The notes under the pieces were generated by a model. It saw nothing but the letters and a program-made list of their open reading frames with translations. It was not told where the DNA came from and did no database searches. The position numbers and the translations under genes were made by a program. Positions 10,717-19,273 of a DNA stretch of 56,791 nt are shown here, in pieces. Where the stretch lies: sequence record PQ437329.1. One strand, written 5' to 3'. The stretch is from Acinetobacter phage HD01. Numbering within the stretch: position 1 is the first letter of the stretch; each line of letters starts with the position of its first letter.

Positions 10717-11136
10717 ATGTCGTTATATAAGCAGTTTGCAACAGATACAAACTTAGAAAAAACTGGTATTGAATTACAGTACGGCGAAAATGCAAATGGG
10801 GACGAGATTATTATTCGCGTTGCTCGTGCAGGTGGTTCAAACACAGCATACACCAAACGAATGGAAGCACTGGTAAAACCTTATCGACGTCAAATCCAAG
10901 CAGAAACAATTGACAACAAAGTTTTAGAAAAATTAGTTATGCAAGCCTTTGCTGAAACGGTTGTACTTGGTTGGGAAAATGTAGAAGACCGTGACGGGAA
11001 CCTTATGGAATTTAATGTGGCTAACGTTATCCAACTATTTACTGATTTGCCGGACTTGTTTAAAGATGTTCAAGAACAAGCCCAAAAAGCTGTTCTGTTC
11101 CGTGAAGACATTTTGGAAGTTGAGTCAAAAAACTAA
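10717..11136 (+). CDS. tail assembly chaperone (G-like)
   Basis: 139 aa, directly upstream of the tape measure region. Ends in the slippery heptamer A_AAA_AAC immediately before TAA. Confidence 0.55.
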   Translation: MSLYKQFATDTNLEKTGIELQYGENANGDEIIIRVARAGGSNTAYTKRMEALVKPYRRQIQAETIDNKVLEKLVMQAFAETVVLGWENVEDRDGNLMEFNVANVIQLFTDLPDLFKDVQEQAQKAVLFREDILEVESKN

Positions 11137-11501
11137 CGGAAGTCCTGAGTTATACTTTAACACAGGGCAAAACAGAGAAAACAATATTAGAACAATGTTA
11201 TCGGAATAGAACACCTATTCCGAAAGCAATCCAAAATGCACCAGAGCTCCAAATAGGGTTAGAGCTATATTATAACGGATTTTTACATCTGTCAACGTGT
11301 AGAACTTTTGGGGCAAGTGGTACGGAAAGTCCAATTGGATGGTTGACAATAAATGAATACTGTGCTGTTCAGGGTATTACAGGAGACCAAAGAGAGGACA
11401 TGATTTACCACATAAGCAAGATGGATACCGTGTACCTCCAACACCGTTTGGACGAAGCGGAAAAACGTGCTAAGGAAAAACCAAATGGGCGACCTAGATA
11501 G
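10717..11501 (+). CDS. tail assembly chaperone GT-like fusion via programmed -1 frameshift
   Basis: Heptamer A AAA AAC at 11127-11133 in the G frame. The -1 frame is open from 11124 to the TAG at 11499-11501, a further 122 codons with no start codon of its own, giving a ~261-aa fusion. Organisation is canonical lambda G/GT-like. Confidence 0.55.
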
Positions 11502-11934
11502 TTTCAGCAAACGCATACGCATTTTAGGAAAACGAGTTGAAGAAAACTCGGATGCTTTAGTGCGCAAAGTTGCTGTGGCTATTGACACAACTGTAGTTCT
11601 TGCAACACCAGTTGACACAGGTCGCGCTCGGTCTAACTGGCAAGTTGGAATAGGTGCTGCACCAACTGGAACGCTCGGTTCCTATGGTGCAGGGTCTAGC
11701 GCCAACGTTGCTATTGCAAATGGAAAGCGCGTTATTCAGCAGTACAATGAAAGACATGCAGGTAAATATATTCATATTACTAATAACCTCCCTTACATTG
11801 TACCGCTAAATAACGGACACTCAGCTCAAGCTCCGGCAGGATATGTAGAAAAGGCCGTTGTGGTAGGTGTTGCAACTGTACAGGGTGCAAGCTCTTTACT
11901 ATCTGAAAACATTGGAGACCATTATAATGGCTAG
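11485..11934 (+). CDS. HK97 gp10-family tail component
   Basis: ATG at 11485; the tracked ORF begins at an upstream GTG. Motif PVDTGRARSNWQV is typical of the HK97 gp10 family. Stop overlaps the tape-measure start. Confidence 0.45.
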   Translation: MGDLDSFSKRIRILGKRVEENSDALVRKVAVAIDTTVVLATPVDTGRARSNWQVGIGAAPTGTLGSYGAGSSANVAIANGKRVIQQYNERHAGKYIHITNNLPYIVPLNNGHSAQAPAGYVEKAVVVGVATVQGASSLLSENIGDHYNG

Positions 11935-14900
11935 CGAAATTATTGACATTCGCGTAAGAGAAAACGGCTCCCGTGTTGTGCGTCGTAGTTTAGATGACAT
12001 TGCTAACAGCTCAGACGGTGCTAAAAAGAGTATTAACGCTTTAAATACTGTGCTTAGTGCAGTTGGTAGTTATTTAGCAATTAGTGAAGTTATGCGCTAT
12101 GCAGATGCCTGGACTAAATTTGAAGGGCAGGTTGCAACCAGTACCAAAAGCTTAAAAGAAAACTTAGCTGTGCAAAAAGAATTATATGCTATTGCTCAGC
12201 GTCATGGTACGTCCATTGATGCGCTAGGGGATCTTTATTCGCGCCTGGCTCGTTCGGGTAAAGAGTTAGGAACAAGTCAAAAGAACATTTTACAGTTTAC
12301 AGAACTTCTGTCCATGTCTCTTGGTATTCAGGGCACAAGTGCGCAAGCTGCTTCGGGTGCATTAATGCAGCTAGGCCAGGCGCTTGGTGGCGGTGTTGTA
12401 CGTGCGGAAGAGTTTAACAGTATCCTTGAAGGTGCTCCAATTATCCTTCAGTTTGTTGCACAAAAGATTGACGGTGTAGATGGTTCAATTGCTAAATTGC
12501 GCCAGCGTATGATTGACGGAAAACTAACCTCTAAAGAGTTTTTTGAAGCATATCTTGCAGCAGCTCCCCAAATTGAAGAAGCTTATGCTAAAACTGGTCG
12601 TACTTTTGGAGCAGGTATGACCGTAATGGAGAACGCTCTTAAAAAGTTCTTTGGTGAACTTAATAAGGGTTCTATCCTAAGCAATGCGTTCTATAACGCT
12701 ATGAGTTTAATTGCTAACAATTTAGACATTATTGCAATTGCGCTTGCTGCTGTGGGGATTGGTGTTGCTGTAGCTTTTGCTCCTGGCGCGGTGTTAGCTT
12801 TTGGGCGTGCTATTGCTACTGTATTCGCTTTAATTACAGCGCACCCATTAGCAGCACTAGCAACCGCGATCGCTGCTGTAGTGCTTTACCTGTACTCTAT
12901 GGGCGATGAAATTAATGCAGGCATTGACGACATTACAACCCTTGCTGATGTTGGTGCTGCTGCTTTAGATGGGTTAGCAGACGCTTGGCAATGGTTAGGG
13001 GATACAGTTGGTGGGATCTTTGATTACTTATTTATGGTAAACGAAGACGGCACATCTGGAATGCTAGATGACCATGTTGCAATGACAGAGGGTGCAGGTA
13101 ACGCCTACTCGGGTTTCTTTGATGGGATTAACGGTGGTTTTATTGGTGTACTTCAGGGAACTGCTCGGGTAGTTGACGCAATTGCAGGACTCTTAACAGG
13201 TCTTGGAATTGGTGTTGTACGTGTATTCACCGGAATCCCTAGTGTGGTCATTACTGCTTTTAATCAAATGTATAATGCAGTAATGACTATTATTGAAAAC
13301 ACAATCAATGCAGGTATTAGCGGAATTAACCGTTTGCGTTCTATGGTCAATCTTGGAATGCTGGACGCTGTTAAAATTCAGCGTAAAGAAGTAAACGAAA
13401 AAGCTTATAAAGAGTATGGAGCTAACCTTGCAGATTCGCTAAATGCAGGTTTTGCGATGCAAGGCGGTTACATGGAAGAGCAGGTTAAAAACCTTGCACA
13501 CAACGCTCAGATTAAAGCTAAGCAACGTCTTGCAAAAGGGAACTCAGGAGTTGACCTTTCAGAATCTATGGGTACACCTTCATCGCCTGCTGCAAAAGCT
13601 GCAAAAGGTAAAAAAGCAAAAGCAGATAATTCAGCGGAGAAAGCTGCTAAAGAAGCTGCTCGCGCATTGGAAAAACTTACCAACGAATATGAACGTTTGC
13701 TTGGTATTGTAGACCCATTGTTACAAGTCCAGAAACGCTATACTGAAGATCAAAAAACCTTGGACGCTGCACTTAAAGCAGGGTTAATGACTCAGGAGCA
13801 GCATACCAATTACACAGCTAAATTAAAAGAGCATTATAAAGATCTTTTAGATCCGTTAGGTAAATTAAAACGAGAGTGGGCTGAAGAAATTGAGCTTTTA
13901 AAAATGTCATCTAAGGAGCGAGAAGTTGAAGCTGCTTTAAGACAGCACGTTAAGAAGTTGCAAGAAGACGGAATTAATGTTACCGCTCTTGAAACCGAAG
14001 AACTTCGTAAGCAATTAACCACAATACAGCAACTTAATAAAGAACAGCAAATCCGCGACAGTATTACCAATAAAGCAGACGATTTATCTGGTCGTAACAA
14101 GATGCAGGAAATTGGTGTTATGGGTTCAATGCGTGCTAATGGAGAGTTAAGCAAAGAAGATACCCCACTGGTAGCAAATGACTTCTTATCCAATATGGGT
14201 CTTGACACAAGCGGAACAGCTGAGGGAATAGAGTCTAAGAAAGCACAGCTTGAGCAATATTACGAACAGCTTAAAGCTATGCGCGAAGCGGACTTAATTA
14301 ACGAACAAACCTACTCAGCTATGAAAATGCAGGTATGGAACCAAGAGCAAGCTCAGAAGCTTCAAACAGCACAGAGCTTCTTAGGCAGCCTTGCAAACCT
14401 GCAAAACTCTAACAGTAAGAAAATGGCTCGTATTGGTAAAGCTGCGGCAATTGCTCAAGCAGTTATTAACACGTACCAGTCAGCCACTTCCGCTTATGCA
14501 GCTATGGCAGGTATCCCATACGTTGGGCCTGCTCTTGGTGTAGCAGCCGCAGCCGCAGCAGTTGCGGCAGGTATGGCAAACGTGCAGGCTATTCGTAAAC
14601 AAAACGTTGCAGGCTATATGAATGGCGGTTACACTGGGAACGGTGGCATTGGTGACATAGCAGGTTTTGTTCATGGTCAAGAATACGTTATGGATGCGCA
14701 AACAACTAGCAACATTGGCGTAGATAACCTTGATGCCTTACGTCGCGGTCAAATGAGTTTAACCCCTACTAGCTCAACAGAGCAGAAAGGGGAAACGGTT
14801 CTTAATGTGTCAATTGAAAATACTGGTACATATAAAGACTTTGAGGTGCAGCAACTAAGCGAACATGAAGTTAGAATTATTGCTCGTGACGAAGCTCAAA

Positions 14901-15010
14901 ATGTGGTAACCAAACAAGCTGGCTCAGTAGTAGCCCGTGAGCTTGGTAACGCTAACAGCCCGCCTTCTAAAGCTTTAGCACGTAACACAACAGCTGAACG
15001 GAGTTTATAA
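11927..15010 (+). CDS. tail tape measure protein
   Basis: ATG at 11927 preceded by GGAGAcc. 1027 aa with the TMP-type segment AQAASGALMQLGQALGGGVVRAEEFNSILEG, long hydrophobic stretches and a coiled-coil middle. Confidence 0.8.
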   Translation: MASEIIDIRVRENGSRVVRRSLDDIANSSDGAKKSINALNTVLSAVGSYLAISEVMRYADAWTKFEGQVATSTKSLKENLAVQKELYAIAQRHGTSIDALGDLYSRLARSGKELGTSQKNILQFTELLSMSLGIQGTSAQAASGALMQLGQALGGGVVRAEEFNSILEGAPIILQFVAQKIDGVDGSIAKLRQRMIDGKLTSKEFFEAYLAAAPQIEEAYAKTGRTFGAGMTVMENALKKFFGELNKGSILSNAFYNAMSLIANNLDIIAIALAAVGIGVAVAFAPGAVLAFGRAIATVFALITAHPLAALATAIAAVVLYLYSMGDEINAGIDDITTLADVGAAALDGLADAWQWLGDTVGGIFDYLFMVNEDGTSGMLDDHVAMTEGAGNAYSGFFDGINGGFIGVLQGTARVVDAIAGLLTGLGIGVVRVFTGIPSVVITAFNQMYNAVMTIIENTINAGISGINRLRSMVNLGMLDAVKIQRKEVNEKAYKEYGANLADSLNAGFAMQGGYMEEQVKNLAHNAQIKAKQRLAKGNSGVDLSESMGTPSSPAAKAAKGKKAKADNSAEKAAKEAARALEKLTNEYERLLGIVDPLLQVQKRYTEDQKTLDAALKAGLMTQEQHTNYTAKLKEHYKDLLDPLGKLKREWAEEIELLKMSSKEREVEAALRQHVKKLQEDGINVTALETEELRKQLTTIQQLNKEQQIRDSITNKADDLSGRNKMQEIGVMGSMRANGELSKEDTPLVANDFLSNMGLDTSGTAEGIESKKAQLEQYYEQLKAMREADLINEQTYSAMKMQVWNQEQAQKLQTAQSFLGSLANLQNSNSKKMARIGKAAAIAQAVINTYQSATSAYAAMAGIPYVGPALGVAAAAAAVAAGMANVQAIRKQNVAGYMNGGYTGNGGIGDIAGFVHGQEYVMDAQTTSNIGVDNLDALRRGQMSLTPTSSTEQKGETVLNVSIENTGTYKDFEVQQLSEHEVRIIARDEAQNVVTKQAGSVVARELGNANSPPSKALARNTTAERSL

Positions 15011-15513
15011 TGACAGACTTAAAAGAATTAATTATACCTCCGGATCAAGACGGTTATAGTGTTGAAAAATCTGCGGAGAGCGTAATTCGCATTCAGCTTG
15101 ATGGTGGTGCAGGTCGCTACCGTCAAGACCTCTTTGGGGTGTCCGATTTAGTATCTTGCCAATGGATTTTAGATGGTTCACAGTACGATTATTTGCAATC
15201 CTTTTACAGGTCGCATTCAAGCGGATCTTTACCTTTTAAAGCTAACCTTATTATTGAACATGCTGATTTAAAACCGTACGAATGTCGTTTTATGCCTAAT
15301 ACCTTTAAGCTCACAGGGGTTAAGGGATTAGCTTATTTTTGCTCAGCAACTTTAGAATGTATTCCATTAGAAGAAATAAATACAGGTCTAGATAGCGATA
15401 TTGTATTCTTAGCGGACATGTTTGGAGAAGACTACGCAAATATTTTTGCAAGAACAGAATCTAAACTTCACTACATTGTTAACGTAACCATGCCGAGCCA
15501 CTATCATGATTGA
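15010..15513 (+). CDS. minor/distal tail protein (gpM-position)
   Basis: 167 aa, start overlaps the TMP stop (TAATG). Call from gene order. Confidence 0.4.
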   Translation: MTDLKELIIPPDQDGYSVEKSAESVIRIQLDGGAGRYRQDLFGVSDLVSCQWILDGSQYDYLQSFYRSHSSGSLPFKANLIIEHADLKPYECRFMPNTFKLTGVKGLAYFCSATLECIPLEEINTGLDSDIVFLADMFGEDYANIFARTESKLHYIVNVTMPSHYHD

Positions 15514-16015
15514 CCAACGCTATATTGATTATTTTCTTAAAGCTCGTAGTGATGTTGGTCAGTTGGATACAATTCAACTTTCCCATCCAAATTTCAGTAA
15601 GACTTATTATTTAGTTAGAAACCATTTAAAAGGTTTTACAGCTACTTTAGAAGATGGGGTTACTTTAAAATTCTTTGAATATGTGCCAATGCAAATTGGT
15701 AAAGGTAGCGTTAAAGACGACCTAGACCAGACAATTGACATTACTTTAGGGGACGTTCGCGACATATTATCTATGGAATTGCAAAACGTTAAATCTAACA
15801 ACGGTTTTTCAGTTAAGCCAACTTTAATTTATAGAACGTATAGAACAGACGACCTTAGTAGACCTTTATTTGGCCCAGTAGTCTTAGAAGTTGCAGACTT
15901 CCAACTTACTAAAAAGGGCGCAAGCTTTCAAGCTAAAGCTCCTAGTCTTAATGTGGTTAAAACTGGGGAACTTTATACCCTTGAGCGTTTTAAAATGCTA
16001 AGGGGCTGTACATGA
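15506..16015 (+). CDS. minor tail protein (gpL-position)
   Basis: 169 aa, overlapping starts and stops. Call from gene order. Confidence 0.35.
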   Translation: MIDQRYIDYFLKARSDVGQLDTIQLSHPNFSKTYYLVRNHLKGFTATLEDGVTLKFFEYVPMQIGKGSVKDDLDQTIDITLGDVRDILSMELQNVKSNNGFSVKPTLIYRTYRTDDLSRPLFGPVVLEVADFQLTKKGASFQAKAPSLNVVKTGELYTLERFKMLRGCT

Positions 16016-16362
16016 ATATTGACCCTTATTATTTTAAAGAGTACGATGAAAATACTTACAACTGCGCCCATTTTGTTTGCGAGGTGTGGGAGCAATACAC
16101 AGGTGAAGACATACGTTGGAAATTATTGCCGTTGCTAGATACTAGGGATAAACGACATGCAGTTGCTAACTTGCGCCACAATTTTGATAAATTGCAAACC
16201 CCCGAAGAACCTTGTATTGTGTTAGCACATCGCAGACGTTGCGGACCTCATGTGGGCATGTTTATTTCCAACAAGGTTTTTCATATTAGCGATGTAAGAG
16301 TTGAGTTAGTTCCGTTGGAAGTTTTTAAAATTGGGTTTGATGGTGTTGGGTATTACAAATGA
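16012..16362 (+). CDS. tail assembly protein K-like NlpC/P60 peptidase
   Basis: 116 aa with catalytic-Cys context NCAHFVCEVW and a downstream His (CGPHVGMF). Sits between the gpL-position gene and the J-like gene. Confidence 0.5.
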   Translation: MNIDPYYFKEYDENTYNCAHFVCEVWEQYTGEDIRWKLLPLLDTRDKRHAVANLRHNFDKLQTPEEPCIVLAHRRRCGPHVGMFISNKVFHISDVRVELVPLEVFKIGFDGVGYYK

Positions 16363-19271
16363 AAGAGCTTATTATCTTAGAGAAAATCCTAGAGCCCGAT
16401 TCTTGGGAACGGATTGAAACAGACAATATTTTAGAAGCTATTATTTCGCGTTACCCAGAGCTTCCACCTAACGTTAAATTTTATTATAACGAAGTAAGCG
16501 AAGCAACAGATATAACACCAACTTGCCCGGATGAAATTAGCTTACTTGCAGAACAAGACCGTGTAATTATGGTTTTGTATCCTGGAGCGGTTGCTGCTAT
16601 TATTGCAGTTGTTGCGGTTGTTGTAGGTGTTGCAGTTGCTTACTTTATGATGCCTAGCGTGCCTAGTGTGGGCAAGAATACAGTACAACAGTCGCCTAAC
16701 AATGAATTAACAGGACGAACAAATAAACCAAGACCGAACGCACGTATCCCCGATATTTTCGGTACAGTACGAAGTACCCCTGACTTAATTGCTCAACCGT
16801 TTAGTATTTTTATTAATCACCAAGAAGTTGAGCATTGCTTCATGTGTCTTGGTCGTGGGGCATATAACTTAGACACTAATAAGATTTATGACCACACTAC
16901 ACTATTCAGTGAGGTTGCAGGTGCAAGCTTAGAAGTTTATGCACCGTTTACAAGCCCCAACTCGGGCGACGTACCTCAGTTGAGTATTGGCGACCCAATT
17001 AACCGACGTATTGACACAGTTTACAAAGCAAACAGCGTCAACGGTCAAACCTTGCGTTCACCGAACTCTAACAATTATCGCGGTTCTGGGAACTTGCGTT
17101 TTGTTGCCCCTAACATAATCGAAGCTAGTGAAAATACTCAAAACTTTGACTTTACTCGTACATTTAATGCCGATGACGACCTTAAAATTGAAGGGGTGAA
17201 AGTAGCCACTGGGTATGTTGGAGAAGTGCGCACAATTAGAGCTCATTCACCTAACTACTTTATGTTCCAAATCCCATCAAACCAAGTCCCTGCTGAATTT
17301 GCAAACGGTGGAGCAATCCGTTTAACAGGTGCTTTATTTGAAGCAAAAGACTCTAACGGCTATGTTACCAGTACATATGACTTATCGGGAACTTATACAG
17401 CTAGCTCAATAAGTGTGGTTACTACTAATGAAAATACAGGGACGGTAGAAGACCCTGTTTACGTTACTAGATACTATTTAAAAATTGAACTTTTAAATGC
17501 TAACCTTGTTAACCCAAAATGGAACGTGGCGGATGGAGTTACCACAACAAGCGCAAACGTTCTAGCTGAAACTAATACAACAAAATTAAGTCTGGATGGA
17601 GTCTACAAAGTAACTTCGGTTTCACAATACTCTATTACACTTTCTAACCCTAGTTCGGTGAACCCTAACTGGTCACAGATTAGTACAACCGAATGGACTA
17701 GCGGTGCTTTAAGTGTTTCCGGCCCTCGTTGGATTGGACCATTTACCGCTACAGGTAAAGATATTACTGGTATGTATTTAAACTTTGTAGCTAGCAACGG
17801 ATTGTTTAAAGACAACGGTGAAAACCAAGTCCGCGTTGATGTAACTTTAGAAGCTGAAATTACGCAAGTTAATGAAGCAGGGGATGCAATAGCAGCCCCA
17901 ACGTTACATCAATACACTGTAGAAGGATCTGACGTTAACCGTTCGCAGCGTGCAGGGACTTTAGAGATACAAGGTTTAACGCCTGGACGCTACAAAGTAA
18001 GGGTTAGACGTGTTACACCAACTGATCTCAATTACAAGGGGAGTGTGATTGACGAAGTTAAGTGGCGTGAGCTATACAGCTTAACACCTATTGAAGATTT
18101 ACATTTTGGGAACGTCACTACAATTCAGGTTATTAACTATGCTACAACTGGAGCGTTAACTTTAAAAGAACGCAAAGTTAATCTTCAATCAACACGTTTG
18201 GTTCATAGTGTAGACGCTAATTTTAATTTATTACCGTATAAAATCCCGTCTAACAAAGCTAGCGATATTTTTGTAGACCTCTCTTTGGACCCTTTTATCG
18301 GTAGACGTAACATTGCGGAATTAAACCTGCAAGCTATTTACAACACTGTAAACGAGATAGAAAGCTATTTTGGAAGCTCCAAAGCTGCTGAATTTTGCTA
18401 CACTTTTGACAAGACAAATCTTACTTACGAAAACAGTGCTGCTATTGTTGCAAACGCTATTTACTGCGAAGCTTATAGACAGGGTAACTTAATCCAATTG
18501 TTTTTTGAGCGCAAAACCAACGACACCGTTCTCCTATTTAACCATCGTAACAAGCTTCCCGACAGTGAAAAAAGACATTTGCGCTTTGGTAACTTAGACG
18601 ATTACAATGGTGTAATTTATAGCTTTACAGACCCTGAAAATGAAGATACTTTGAGTAAAATCATTTTATCGGATATAGAAAACGAAGAACCAAATAATCC
18701 AAAAGAAATTGAAGGTGTTGGGGTTCGTAACCGTTTGCAAGCTTATTTCCACGCTCAGCGCATGTGGTCAAAAATTAAAAATCAAAATGCAACATGTACT
18801 TTTGACGCAACTCAAGAGGGTGAAGTATTACTCAAAGGTCACCGTATTCTTAACAGTGATAGTACAAGTAATTTCACACAAGAGGGATTTATAAGAAAAC
18901 AAGAATTGCTTGTACTTACCCTGTCTCAGGATTTTATTGCTGAAGAAGGTAAACAATACGGAATTAATCTTCAATTAACTGATGGTACTGTTGAAAATAT
19001 TCCAATTACTGCTACTTCTAATAAAAGACAAGTTATTTTACAAAGAGCTCCTAGCATCCCTTTAAACTTAGACCCTAGTAGTTATAGCGACAGTCGTTAT
19101 ATTATTTATCCAACAGACATAATAAATCCGGAGGCGTTTATTGTTAGCGAAAGGAAAACTAACGATAATATGACTACGACAATTAATTGTTATAACTATA
19201 GCGACCTTTACTATACTGGTGACTCGCATTATATTAGCGGTATCGTCGACGAAAACGGTTACAGGTTATAA
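16359..19271 (+). CDS. tail tip / host-specificity protein (J-like central fibre)
   Basis: 970 aa, the largest tail gene after the TMP. N-terminal TM-like stretch, beta-rich. Confidence 0.5.
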   Translation: MKELIILEKILEPDSWERIETDNILEAIISRYPELPPNVKFYYNEVSEATDITPTCPDEISLLAEQDRVIMVLYPGAVAAIIAVVAVVVGVAVAYFMMPSVPSVGKNTVQQSPNNELTGRTNKPRPNARIPDIFGTVRSTPDLIAQPFSIFINHQEVEHCFMCLGRGAYNLDTNKIYDHTTLFSEVAGASLEVYAPFTSPNSGDVPQLSIGDPINRRIDTVYKANSVNGQTLRSPNSNNYRGSGNLRFVAPNIIEASENTQNFDFTRTFNADDDLKIEGVKVATGYVGEVRTIRAHSPNYFMFQIPSNQVPAEFANGGAIRLTGALFEAKDSNGYVTSTYDLSGTYTASSISVVTTNENTGTVEDPVYVTRYYLKIELLNANLVNPKWNVADGVTTTSANVLAETNTTKLSLDGVYKVTSVSQYSITLSNPSSVNPNWSQISTTEWTSGALSVSGPRWIGPFTATGKDITGMYLNFVASNGLFKDNGENQVRVDVTLEAEITQVNEAGDAIAAPTLHQYTVEGSDVNRSQRAGTLEIQGLTPGRYKVRVRRVTPTDLNYKGSVIDEVKWRELYSLTPIEDLHFGNVTTIQVINYATTGALTLKERKVNLQSTRLVHSVDANFNLLPYKIPSNKASDIFVDLSLDPFIGRRNIAELNLQAIYNTVNEIESYFGSSKAAEFCYTFDKTNLTYENSAAIVANAIYCEAYRQGNLIQLFFERKTNDTVLLFNHRNKLPDSEKRHLRFGNLDDYNGVIYSFTDPENEDTLSKIILSDIENEEPNNPKEIEGVGVRNRLQAYFHAQRMWSKIKNQNATCTFDATQEGEVLLKGHRILNSDSTSNFTQEGFIRKQELLVLTLSQDFIAEEGKQYGINLQLTDGTVENIPITATSNKRQVILQRAPSIPLNLDPSSYSDSRYIIYPTDIINPEAFIVSERKTNDNMTTTINCYNYSDLYYTGDSHYISGIVDENGYRL

Positions 19272-19273
19272 AA

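Noticed and set aside
10991-11209. 72-aa plus-strand ORF downstream of the chaperone gene
   Set aside because: It is in the +1 frame relative to G and stops at 11210. The real frameshift extension is the unlisted -1 frame, 11124-11501.
11292-11618. 108-aa minus-strand ORF
   Set aside because: Antisense to the GT extension and the HK97 gp10-like gene. No RBS. A shadow ORF.
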